Below, in pieces: positions 12,807 to 23,824 of a DNA stretch of 64,000 bases (its first letter is position 1; each line of letters opens with the position of its first letter). The stretch spans positions 682,001 to 746,000 of the forward strand of contig VJWM01000011.1 of assembly GCA_010909165.1 (NCBI GenBank), in the 5' to 3' direction. Both the position numbers and the translations under genes were made by a program. The notes beneath the pieces were generated by a model. The model was not told the origin of the DNA, ran no database searches, and worked only from the letters and a program-made list of their open reading frames with translations. Source of the stretch: Anthoceros angustus (taxonomy: Eukaryota; Plantae; Anthocerotophyta).

Positions 12807-15293
12807 TGCGCAGCTGCTTCACCCCGGGGCAGCCGGGCTCGCCGCGGCCATCAAGCTCTATCCCCGAATTTCACCCGCGGATGCTGCTGCTGCACATTGC
12901 AATGCTCACCTCACCTCACCTCAGCACAACCCACCTCGCTTTCTCCAGCTCCTCCTACTGCCCACAACCCGTTTCTGCAATGCCGCAGAGAAACACGTGA
13001 GGTGAGCTTCCACCCAACATTGCGCGTGCTTCCTGCACCCGACCCACTAAAACGCTCCACCACCCACCAGCAACACGCGCACTGACAGACCCGGGGGAGG
13101 AGGAGGAAGACGCCAGAAATGACCGACCCAACAAAAGGCAAGGCAAGACGAACGCATGGATGAAGGAATCCGGCAAAGGCACCTGAATTTGCTTGCACCC
13201 CACAATCCCTCCTCACTCGCAGAGCGGCAAATCCCGGGGCGGCATTACCGTTCACTGCATTAACACCGGCGTTGGCATGGGCGTTGGCACTTCATTCCAA
13301 TCCAATCCAATCCGGTGCACGCGACTCCTGCCCGCCGGGCGTCAGGGCGAGCGAGGATGGGCGCAAATTTCACAGCAAGGAATCTGGAACTAAGACGACT
13401 CTCACCAGCAAGCCGGCGTATCACCGCAGCCGCAGCAGCAGGTTCAAGGGGGAAAGGCAGGGGCAGGGGCAGCGAGCGGCGGGGCGGGGCAACGGCACCG
13501 GGGCGCGTGCAGCCGATCGTGACGAGTAGTGGAAGAAACGCGGCAGCGACGCGCCCGCAGAAGCAAGGCAGCTCCAGCTGCAGCTGGCTGCTGGTCGAAG
13601 GCTGGAAAAGGCCAGCCCGGACGGGCGAGCCGGACAGCACCAAGGTGGGAGGGGAGGAATGTCCAGCCCCAGGCCCTCAGGCCCAGCCCGGGGCCCACCA
13701 CTTCCCGGCCCGAGCCCAAGCCCGAGCCCGAGCCCGAGCCGGACGCCCGACCCCACCACATTCTCAGTCTCCTTTTGCACTTGCCAGTAAGCCAATAAAT
13801 GTGGACATTAATCTCCCGCTATGTACATATGTCGAAGTGGCAGCCAGCCGGGCTGCCGGAAGGAGGTGAGAATCGGGATCCTCTCCCCAAAGTTACTCCC
13901 CGCTCAATCAAGGCGGCGGCCCATACTCGCCGCTCACACGTCCTGTACTTTCACACTAAAGCTCAATCGGCTTCTGCCGGCCCCTCATGTACAGATTTCT
14001 ATACAGTATTATAACATCATTATCATTCACTACATCAGAGGCTGTTGCTGTTGAGGAATTTTAACTCTGCCGTACAATACAGTTTTAAGTATTTTGAGAT
14101 TTTCAGGAACTTAATTTGATATTTTTTAACTCATATAACTCTTTCATTTTTGTCAATCTCGTCTCTTGTTGGTTGGGCGTGTCCTTACCTTATACAAACT
14201 CTCTTAAACTCTCTTATACAAATTCTAAACCGATATGTATATCCTATCATATGATATCTGAAGAATACTCATATCCCCATGCAAAGGTTATGGGTGCTAG
14301 ACTGTGATTCATGTCATATCACCATCAATATCTGGTATCATATATTATCCAAAGAATACTCACATCTCTATCTAAGGGCTCATGAGGGAGCTTAGTTGCT
14401 CCTCTCCACCTCGACCCCCTGGTCCCCTTTGGTTGTCCCCTCGTGGATGGGCTTTTCTAATCGTTTTTTCACCTCAATAAAAACCTTCGTCTCTATCAAA
14501 AGGTTCATGAGTGATTGACTATGATTATGGGGGAGACGTGTGACTTGAAACGTTCGAATTTACCATAAAGAAAGCTAAGGTTCTATAACATAATTTAACT
14601 TAATATATACGTCTTGTCTTCTGCAAGTTGTTTAAGTGCTGTTTCTGATATGGAGAGCGTGTACATAATGGGGCCGGGGCCGGGGCCGGGTCACTGGAAA
14701 CCTTGATAGAGCCGAGTGTTTGAGAGCCGTTGGGGCACTTAGAGCCGTTGCGCAATAATTCCGGGCCTTTTTTATGTGTAAATTTCAGCGCCGGGCTCGG
14801 ATCCCGTTTTAACTGCCATTTACCTTGCGCTGTTTTCATTTACTGTGAGACGGCGGGTGGATCCGGTAAAACGGAACTGCAATTCATGCTGCGCGAGGCG
14901 TTTGAGGTTCGAGGGCGGAAACGCTCGTGCGTGGTGAGGGGCTTTTGGCCTCCCGCCACTCCGAGTGCGGGCTCCTCCTCCTCCGTTTCCTGGTCGTCTC
15001 GTGCACCCCTTTGCTTTGCCTCGACTTCTCGCACCTTCTCTTGCGGTCTCGCGCTTTTGTCTTCCAGGCAGTCCGACCGGCAGCTGGAGGTTTATGGGCT
15101 GCTGCTGCTGCGGTGGTGGTGTTATATGGAGCCGGGGCCCGGGTAGGGATCGGTGAAGGAGCAGTAGGCTGTGAAGATCTGCGGGCCGGAGACGGAGGAA
15201 GGAAGGAAGAGTAGGAGGTGGGTTCCAAGGGTTTAGGATATCGGAGGTGGGCGATTGCTGCTTTGGGTTTGACAGGTTGTGTGTCTGCGGCAG

Positions 15294-16334
15294 ATGGTGC
15301 TACGAGAGGAAGAGGTCGGGGAGGCCCGGGAGGTGAACAATTGGTTCAGGCAGTGGGTTAGCCAAGTACCGGTGGAGCGGCTGATCCTGGGGCAATATGA
15401 GGAGTATGGGGATGACGCGGTTCCAGCATGCGATCAGTGTGCTGAGGTTTGTGAATGGGTGTACTTCTCCAGGTATGGTTCGGGCAAGACGGCATTCGGC
15501 AGGATGTGGTTGTGGGGATTTGTGGGCTGTTGGGGAGAGGATGTTTCTCGAGGTGGGTCGGTGGGTGGGTGACTGAGTGACTGATTCGATTCATGGGTTA
15601 TTGTTGTGAATTGCAGGAAGCAGGGTAGGGGCGGGGAAGTCATCGTGTGCGGGAAATGCGTGGATCGTGTTCAGCATGGGGCTGGCACTGGGCAGTGGAA
15701 GCAGTTTGTCAGGGAAGGGCTCGAACAGCACATGGGAGCCTGCGAAAGGCTGTCGAACCGAGCTGGGCAGCTTCTGACAGGAGCCCCCGAACCCCGCCCA
15801 GCTCCTGCCCAAGCTCCACCTCAACATGGCATTGATTTTGCCCTAGTCCCTGTGGCTCCTCCTGCCCAGGTTCCTCCTCAACTTCCTCTTCAGCTTGCTC
15901 TAGCGCCTGAAGCCCCTCCTGCCCAACCTCCAGCAGTGCCTGCATCCGAAGGGTGTCCCCTCGCTGCTCAGCCTCGACTTGTTCTCCAACCAGGCCGAGG
16001 ACCCACCAGAAAGGATAAATCAGAATGGAGGCGATACAACGCAATGGAGGTCAGGAATCGAAGGTGGGCAGATCAGCTGGTGCCCATTGTTTATGACTAC
16101 TTTGACCTGGGTCCCGACTACAAATGCAACACTCTTGACATAATGCGTCGCTACCAGGAGAGTTATGGGTGCGACCATGATCCCTTATCTCTCCCTTCCT
16201 TGTATAAAATCCTGCCAAGGCTGGGTTTGGAGATTGGGCAGGAAACCATGTTCCACTTTGGGAATCGGGCCTATCGCGAAGTTTATGGTCTGACGCCGAA
16301 GAAGGACAATGGGCTGCCGAAAAGCAAAACATAG
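15294..16334 (+). CDS. Orphan 298-aa protein: C4 zinc finger, Pro/Ala/Gln-rich linker, C-terminal winged-helix-like domain (exons 15294-15472, 15617-16334)
   Basis: Splicing the GT-AG intron 15473-15616 gives an open frame that joins CDQC...CGKC. The C-terminus VYDYFDLGPDYKCNTLDIMRRYQESY...LYKILPRLG...GNRAYREVYGLTPK resembles RFX/D5-primase-type winged helices. Confidence 0.6.
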
Positions 16335-16671
16335 TGATGGCTTCTGCTGGAGAAGAAACCTCGCATAACTGTTGCCTGAAGAACCGCCCATCTCTGCCCT
16401 CCTCACCCTCGTCCCCGGAGCTGCTTTCCCACTCTCCACTTTACATAATACGGTGACGATTAGCATAAGGTTCTTCCGTTGGGTGAAGTTGCTGCACCCG
16501 CCTTGCGGGACTTTCTTAATTTTGTATAGTTAAAAATTGAAATACTCACTCTTGGAGCTTGAAGAAGGAGAGAGTAACCCTGGAGACTTTATTATGAAAA
16601 GGAGATGGGAAACCCATCTGCCCTCAAACTAGTACACTTCTCAGCAGATACCAACACAGATGATTCTCCAT

Positions 16672-16980
16672 GCATCCACATTTTTGGAGCCCCGCAGCAA
16701 AACCATTTTGAAACGCCAGAAGCCGGCTGGACCATCGAGAATCGTTCTCTGCCAGACGGTCGATCGATCCCAGCTCCTCGGATGTGATGCAGCGTTCATC
16801 CTGGTGGGCAATGACGTCCTGCAGAGACACCTTCGACTCCCCTTCGGTGCACAGGCTGCCCAGATCTCCGATCAGCGAGAAGGAGCCGTTTTCCTTCACC
16901 AGTACACGGAACACTCTCAGCTCGTGTTGGATGGGCAGCACCAACACGGCTCCGAATGTCTTCCACACCACTTCAGGCAA
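16672..16980 (-). pseudogene. Gasdermin-like gene fragment (copy A, divergent, truncated at both ends)
   Basis: VVWKTFGAVLVLPIQHELRVFRVLVKENGSFSLIGDLGSLCTEG...WSSRLLAFQNG aligns by eye to residues ~14-105 of the intact ORF at 19620-20486. Confidence 0.85.
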
Positions 16981-17296
16981 TGAAGCACTGGCCCCCATCA
17001 AGCTTGCCAAGGATTCTGCTCCTACCCACTTAAGCTGCTTGTGCTTTCCTGCTGCCTGTGCTGCTGCTGGGATGCGGAATTTGGAGAAGCGGGCTCACTC
17101 GCTCTCAGCCCACCTTCTCCGAGACACGACTGAGACGAAAAGCGTTCATTGGCGTAGAGGTGAAGCACATCGCATTCTTTTTCCACTTTCGAGGACACGT
17201 GGCGGGCCGAGCAGCAACGGGATGCAAGGGAGGAGAGTATGGACGAGAGAGTAGTAGAGCAGGAGAGCATGGAAGGAACCAGGGCAGAGCTGGTGG

Positions 17297-18142
17297 ATGG
17301 AAGCAGGAGGGCGCCCTGAGAAGAAATTTCAGTGTCCCGAGTTCTACTCCACACTCATAAGAAAGCTTTGCTGGTCTTCACCATGGTTCACTTACCAGCC
17401 TTCAATCAGCGGTGTGCAGGTATCGTCTCAGGAATGCACTATCGGTGCAGAAAACAGTAGTCTGCTTATGGTAATGTCTTCTCATTTGTCCTTTTGTGCT
17501 CATTTCTGTTCAGGCTGGCATGCACTTGGCAGGAGAAACGTCTCACAGCCTCCTTGTGTGGATGAACAGGAGGTAGCTCATGGACGTCAGGGAGGAAAGA
17601 AGGAGCAAGTTGTAGGGCTGTAGCTGTAGCTTTTGATTTCAAGAAACAAGGCCAGAGCTCTGGTGGAATGATTTTTTGGATCGTTTGCACACGAGATGTG
17701 TATTCTACGGCATCTTGATCCTGACCAGCCCTGGCAGGCTGGGACAGGATGTCCCTCATTATTAAATTGCTTCGGAGGTCTTTGACGATGACAAAAGACA
17801 AAGCGGGAAGTAGCAGACACCGCAGCTAGTGCCAGTGCCAGCCTCTTAAACGACATCAAATTTCAGCTGTTGAAATGTGAAGGAGATTTACTTTTCACGC
17901 GTCACCGACAGCACAAACATGTGTCTGTAGGTACTATAGTGCTGTCCTTCAGAATGGTTGCGTGTCGTTGCAGGACTTTGAATGGCGGTTACGCGTAAAC
18001 AGCAGCAAATGACGAGGTCCAGGCTGTGGGAGCTTGCTTCCTGCAGCTGACGCCTTTCCTGGATGGCACTCTCGTGCACCTGGAATTACCTGTGCCGGAA
18101 TTTTGCAACCTGTTGTCAGCGCTTGAGAGGTTGAAAGCCTAG
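17297..18142 (+). pseudogene. 3' fragment of a Roco-caspase gene (end of caspase small subunit plus C-terminal extension exons)
   Basis: KFQCPEFYSTLIRKL matches the caspase p10 end (KQxPExxSTLxK). The DNA is homologous to 45650-46258 and 52750-53606, with in-frame stops at codons that are Trp in the 45.9-kb copy. Confidence 0.75.
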
Positions 18143-18451
18143 CTGGATCACCTTGGACTCAAGTCAGACTGCGAATGGTTTCCGGTTGCGGCGCCGTTTG
18201 TAGGCGCTGAGATGCTGAGGCACCGAGGGTGGGGCTGTGAAAGCTGGTAAGAAGCAGAGCAAGTTAGGTTGTATCATCAGGAAGGATGGATGGGTTAACG
18301 TTGGATCAGTGAGATGGATTCGCGTACCAAAGCATGGATTCTTCTGTGGCTGCCTTGCTGCTTCAGCGTCATCTCTGGTCTTCATTGCCTGGGTGTGGAT
18401 TGCTGTAGTTCAATGTGAGTTTTACTGTTTGCTTTGTTCGTGGCTTTTCCC

Positions 18452-19510
18452 AGGGGTATAGGGTGACAGGATTATACATGTGGTACTAGGATCCGTTAAT
18501 GAACAAGGAAGCCCGACGTGCTCATCTGACTAAGATTATAAGGATGCTAAAGTAGTCTGCGATCAACGATCAACTTGGTGCGTTGATGGCTCACATGATT
18601 GAGGGGTTGATCGTCTATTTTCTTTGCCTCCTACTGTATTGATGATGGGTTTTGTGCATCAGATATCCATCTATTTCATGCTGATTACCACCAGCAGTAC
18701 CGGTGTTATGTGTCTGGGCCTTTGACAAACGATTATGCCCTGGGGCTGGCAGCCAATCCTGACCTCCATTGCAGTACGTTCTTTATGGTGAAAATTGGCA
18801 TTGAAGGTGGTTGATTCTGGTGAGTCTCGTTCGTGAGCAGCAATTTCATTCTTTCCCGGAGACACCCACTTGTTTCTGCACGCTGTCTGTCCACAAAGGC
18901 TACCACTGACTTGTTTATGTGGAAATTTGAGCTGAGAAGCTTGCCACTGGCCATTGTGCAGGTGTGCGTATCGATCAGCAAGGTAAGGTGCGTCTGTTTT
19001 GAGGTGTGGATGGTGATTAAGGATCAGTCCTACTTTCTGGCTTCTGTGGTAAGTGGCCTATTCAGAACTGCTCAGCTCATGCCGTGTCCTGTGAGGACAG
19101 GACAATCAATAATAGCTACCCATGAATTTTGGGTTTGGAGAGGGATGTTGTGTCTTGGAAACCTGCTAAATGTTGACAACCATAAAATGAAGAAGGGAAC
19201 TGCCTTTGAGCATGTCTTGTTCCCTATAGGCACATTGTGAAATCGGAAGTTCGCCAGATCGCAGCCACCGCAGGATTGCCAGTAGCAAGCAAACGACGAA
19301 GCCGAGAGAGAGTTCTGCCGGCAACAGGCATTTCGTGAAATCTTTTCGATCTACAGCACATCGGGATGACACCTGCCCCATGCATCTAAGTCTCGGATAA
19401 TAATCTTGTAGGCACACATGCCGGCAAAGCGGCTTACAGGTATGGGCTACCGGCAAGACTATCTGGAGCAGCAGAACCATGGGTCGTGGTGGGTAAAGAC
19501 ATTAAGGTGG
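18452..19510 (+). pseudogene. mnmA: Decayed tRNA-specific 2-thiouridylase (MnmA/TrmU) gene with introns
   Basis: Motifs GYRVTGLYM, DYKDAKVVCDQ, NDYALGLAANPDLHC, LATGHCA, KDQSYFLASV, LFPIGTL.KSEVRQIA, EPWVVVGKD appear in order. There are stops and frameshifts, and a GTAAGT donor follows YFLASV. Confidence 0.82.
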
Positions 19511-19619
19511 AGCTCAGTCGGAGAACGTGGAACTGAACTGCCCAGTAGATAATGCGGAAGTAGGGTGTAACAGATCTCCAAACCAGACCAAGAAAAGCGA
19601 AAGCAACGGAAAGTCTTAG

Positions 19620-20486
19620 CTAGTCTTCAGCGATAGAAGCGAACCAGTCATCCTCCACAAAATCTTGCATGTGGTCATCCGTGTAGGGGGTGGGATGGGC
19701 CTCCTCCTGCTGCCCAGCGCTCGGCCCTGGAGCAGCATCCCCGGGCCCGTCCGGTTGAATGCTGTTGGGTTTGAAGTTCTTGAGCATGCCGTGCTCGTAC
19801 CGGCATTTCCAGCCTTTGAAGGCCAAAGGCAGAGGACGCACCTCGGAACCCGTGTTAGGCCCGCGGATGTAAATCTTCTGGTGCCCACCGACATTACCTG
19901 ACACGCTCACATCCAGCGGCACGGGCACAAGAGGGGGCAAGCTAGCCCCGACGTGCCCTCCTTTCCCGTCCAGCGCCTCCAGCTCCAGGTATGGAGCTGT
20001 GATAACCTCAGTCACAATCCAAAGATCCAGAGTCCTGTGGTTTGCAAAGTAGAAGTTTTTGTAGTCAGGTTCGAACATTTCCACCGCACGGTGGAAACGG
20101 GGTGTGGACGATACCGACTGATACGAAGGGACAAGAATCTTCCAGGAATGCACATCCGTCATTCCTAGGGATGCCCCTGTCTGAAACGCCAGCAGCTTGG
20201 TGGACCATGAGATGTCATTCACCACTGTGTTGTTGATTGCGCCATATTCCTCCGACCGGCGGATGTAGGTAGGATCTTGGGCGGAGATGATGCGTACCAG
20301 CTCCTCCTTGTCCTTGCCTTCTGCACAGAGTTCGCCCAGATTGCCGATCAGGCGGAACCCTCGCTTGTCCTTCATCAGGACACTGAACACCGCCAGCCCG
20401 GGCTGGATGGGCAACACCGGCACAGCTCCGAATGTGGTCCACAGCATTTTCACCAATGGGTTCCTCCTGTAGGGATCACAAGCCAT
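19620..20486 (-). CDS. Gasdermin-like pore-forming protein (bacterial/fungal-type architecture), 288 aa, intact and intronless (copy B)
   Basis: MAC..NPLVKMLW..FGAVPVLPIQPGL..FSVL.KDKRGFRLIGNLGEL; LWIVTEVITAPYLELEALDGKGGHVGASLP; LPLAFKGWKCRYEHG; low-complexity linker and acidic tail DDHMQDFVEDDWFASIAED. This parallels bacterial gasdermins as I recall them (e.g. CSDPAITYLKRLGYNVVRLPREGIQP...YLGSL; LYVITQVIKS...GGGSIQLDVP; LVFGFKCFEI..KNG). Confidence 0.82.
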   Translation of the reverse strand: MACDPYRRNPLVKMLWTTFGAVPVLPIQPGLAVFSVLMKDKRGFRLIGNLGELCAEGKDKEELVRIISAQDPTYIRRSEEYGAINNTVVNDISWSTKLLAFQTGASLGMTDVHSWKILVPSYQSVSSTPRFHRAVEMFEPDYKNFYFANHRTLDLWIVTEVITAPYLELEALDGKGGHVGASLPPLVPVPLDVSVSGNVGGHQKIYIRGPNTGSEVRPLPLAFKGWKCRYEHGMLKNFKPNSIQPDGPGDAAPGPSAGQQEEAHPTPYTDDHMQDFVEDDWFASIAED

Positions 20487-20511
20487 CGCGCCTTGCCCGA
20501 GGTCACCCAAT

Positions 20512-21034
20512 CCAGCTGCTGCTCCTGCTCTTTCTGCTTCTCCGGCCAGCTACCCAATTCCTGACTTCACAGGATTAAGGTCATTCGCAGCATAGTGATG
20601 ATGGCAACTACAACATACCCAAGAACCGCATTCCTTCCATCTGGATACAAGCTTTGCAAGAAGGAGAGAGGGAGGAAGAGCTCATCTGCACAAACTTGAC
20701 ACATGCCTGAATATTCCGGTTGCCGGACCGGGATGCCTGCTTCCACCGCCCACGCGCCTTCACTCTTCACGCGCCCAGCAGCTGCTCCTGCTCTTTCTGC
20801 TTCTCCGGCCAGCTACCCAATTCCTGACATCACAGGACTAGGGTCATTCGCAGCATAGTGATGGCAACTACAACATACCCAAGAACCGCATTCCTTCCAT
20901 CTGGTTACAAGCTTTGCAAGAAGGAGAGAGGGAGGAAGAGCTCATCTGCACAAACTAGACACATGCCTGAATATTCCGGTTGCCGGACCGGGATGCCTGC
21001 TTCCACCGCCCACGCGCCTTCACTCTTCACGCGC
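20512..21034. repeat. Tandem duplication of a ~262-bp unit directly upstream of the gasdermin start
   Basis: Units 20512-20774 and 20775-21034 are near-identical; the same pair recurs at 55997-56513. Confidence 0.93.
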
Positions 21035-21839
21035 CTGACTGGGTCTCCGGAATGCCTTCACTTCAAAGGTCAAGGTCCACTATGTAGCGTGTGGTGCCGG
21101 ACTGGGGACAGGTCTGATTTGATTACCGAAACACACAGTATTTGATTGAACGCGTCCGGACATATCCGATACCTGTGTGATTGATCAGCGACGTCTGTAC
21201 AGTATGCAGACGCACAGATCAAGTGATTACCAGCAGCCTCATACATTGTGCACACGGAAGATAAGACTAATCGACTGATTACGGTGGTAGAAGTTGGTGA
21301 GATACATCAAAACATCGCAGCCCAATGATTTCACCGTGTTTTGATGAATGCATAAATCTCCAGTTTGTGTTTTGAGCACAGCACTGACACGAAGGATGGA
21401 CCGTCTCATAGTTGAAGACAACAAAGCTATAGCTGTGAAGCTATTAGATCTTCCCACCTCGAATCAAACGACAGTACAAGCAGCAGTGCAGCTTGACTTG
21501 AAGCAATTAATGTGTCTCTCTGAATATGGGTTATTCTCCATAAAGGGTTTGGGTCCCTATTACCAAAAAATGACCCCCGAAAACGGACCAAAATGCATCA
21601 TCTTTAGCAAAACCACTCTTTAGACATGTACTGAAAGACATTGACCATGTTATTTTCTTGTGAACACTTACGCTATGAGGTTTTAAGTTGAAGAAGGTTC
21701 GCGGATTTCACCTTCACAAGGAAGGGATTTCAAGGATTTTTAACAGGTGCTAGAAATCCTAAACACCTCTTTCGCAGGCGATTGTACTTCCTAGCAGGGT
21801 GAACAATAGGCAAACCAAACCAAACTAGTCCAGCAAGCC

Positions 21840-22070
21840 AAATTGCGACGGACGTCCGACGCAACCAACCCACAAAAGAAACAATTCGCATGCCGAAAAG
21901 AAGCAACTGTGCCCAACGTCCGGCGCAACCAACCCGCAAAAGAAACAATTCGTGTCGAAAAGAAGCAATCGGACGTCCGGCGCAACCAACCCGCAAAAGA
22001 AACAATTCGCAAGCCGAAAAGAAGCAACTATGCTGGACGTCCGACGCAATTGTGAGAGAACATTAACCGA
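21840..22070. repeat. Imperfect ~60-bp tandem repeats with GGACGTCC motifs (likely transposon-derived)
   Basis: cgcaaccaaccc(g/a)caaaagaaacaattcg occurs 3 times and ggacgtcc motifs recur to ~22320. Confidence 0.7.
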
Positions 22071-22439
22071 TAGCCTGATCATGGCCATCTCGAGAGGAAC
22101 AAACTACGACTCTAGAAAGTAGCGCTGGACGTCTAGTGCACTGTGAGTACACAACCCTGGGATCTCCATTGTTAGAGTGAAAAATAGAGGAAGGAATTGG
22201 AGCAATGCACCGACGTCGCGATTGGGCGAGTCTTAAAGCCCGGACGTCCGCGCCTTTTCCGAGACCCCAATCTTATGCGCCAGCGTGATGGAAATGGTGG
22301 AGTGGATGCTGACGTCCAAGAAATGTATATATATTATTTGTATCTCCCAATATATCATTTGTTTGGTAAAGGTGTAGATAGACACAATGGTATAAGAACT
22401 CCAAAGTTAAACACGCTTTGGGTTGGATCGCATCAAGAT

Positions 22440-22660
22440 GGGGTGTTTATTTTTGGTGCTTTGAGAACTCCAGGGTTTAGCACTCTTGGGTCGGATTAGT
22501 ACTAGGATGGTTTGCTTGTTTTTGGTGCCTTGAAAACTTTGTAACAACTCCAATCAAGCGCCTTTGAGAACTGTGGTTTAGCACTCTTAGGTCCGATTAG
22601 TACTAGGATGGTTTGTTTATTTTTGGTGCTTTGAAAACTTTGTAACAACTCCACTGTTAA
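22440..22660. repeat. Tandem repeats of gtttagcactctt.ggtc.gattagtactaggatggtttg...aactttgtaacaactcc
   Basis: Two full and one partial unit are visible; a copy lies at ~57840-58070. Confidence 0.75.
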
Positions 22661-23824
22661 GCAACCTAGAGGCGGATCTGGATGGAGTGTTGATTTTAGT
22701 GGTTTCAAAATTTGTAAATCATCCCGGTATCTAGGCGTAAAGTCATGAATATTATTTTTGAAAATCATTTGTTGGTTGATGTTATGTTCCAACATTCGCT
22801 TTTGTATACAACATGTAAAATCGTTTTGCCCTTACTCTATGTGCCCCTACGGATGACTTGCAGCTGGATCTTTTCGATTGGTGCGCCAAATGTCCGGCTC
22901 ATTCGAGTTTGATGCACGTATAGATGCATAAGCCTTGGTTTCTAGATGAGCTACATTTTCCAAAATTTGACATGTATGATGGTGGTTTCTAATGGCCAAC
23001 CTTTTGAAGACGACAATGTTTCACAATGTTTTGCATAGAAGCAAGAAAATAATTAGAATAGATGATTTGTCCTTGAGAAATGAAAGTTCTTGATGACGAA
23101 CACAAGTATAAGAGAGCATTTTCCTGGCCACTGCGAGCCCTAGTGAGAGGCAGCAAGTATTCTGAAGAAAATAGGGCTGATCGCCTAGCCGGGATTTTGA
23201 CCAAATGGCTGAGTATTTTTGAGGCTCAAGGAGGACTGTCACACCCACCGTGACGCCCACTCAGGTTGTGCTAGGTATTCGAGACAAACTATAGCCAAAA
23301 CAGTGGTAGAAAGGGGTTTCTCACAAACGGGTTTTGGAAAAATCCCAACCCTATTTCGTCAAAACCATCCGGTTTGGTTTTTGTTGAGTTTTGTAGGTGT
23401 TCATTCATCGGTTTCGGGCATTCTCGGCTGCACACTTCTGTCGATCATTTACACTGGTGTGGCGCCTTCTACTCAGTTCATGGCTATTTCGTTGGTGTGA
23501 AGGGCGGTGACCTCATTCTTCCATAATTTCGGCATGTCGAGTTTCGCAATTTGTGTGGTTCTCAGAGGTTCAGATACTGGGGAAGAAGCGCATAAGTGCG
23601 CGCTTAAACAAGGGTATGCGCAAACTTGTGCGTGCACAAGGCAAAACGAGTGTGAAACATATCATTCGACTGGGGAAATATGTCTTTTTGGAGGTCTGCG
23701 GATGTGGCGGAAGCCCCGATGACATAAGAAGTTGCACAAATCGGCGGACGTCCACATTGACACACCTCGTCTATCTATCCTATGCCCTAAAGCTACGAAG
23801 AACACCCTATCACCTTTCTATCCT

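Noticed and set aside
7581-13869. Numerous long overlapping ORFs (e.g. 7581-8369 +, 12192-13085 +, 13315-13869 +)
   Set aside because: These are antisense or alternate-frame shadows of GC-rich ABCG exons and a GC-rich upstream region, with no recognisable domains.
17466-17801. Minus-strand 111-aa ORF (and its 52954-53259 counterpart) as a separate gene
   Set aside because: It is not open in the 45.8-46.1 kb homologue, and splice signals and conserved codons favour the plus-strand caspase extension.
18452-19510. MnmA as a functional third component of the gasdermin system
   Set aside because: Both copies carry stops, frameshifts and eroded motifs beyond what small consensus deletions would explain.
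19620-20486. Gasdermin ORF as bacterial contamination
   Set aside because: It is present in four diverged copies interleaved with intron-containing genes and plant LTR elements. Read-level confirmation is still advisable.
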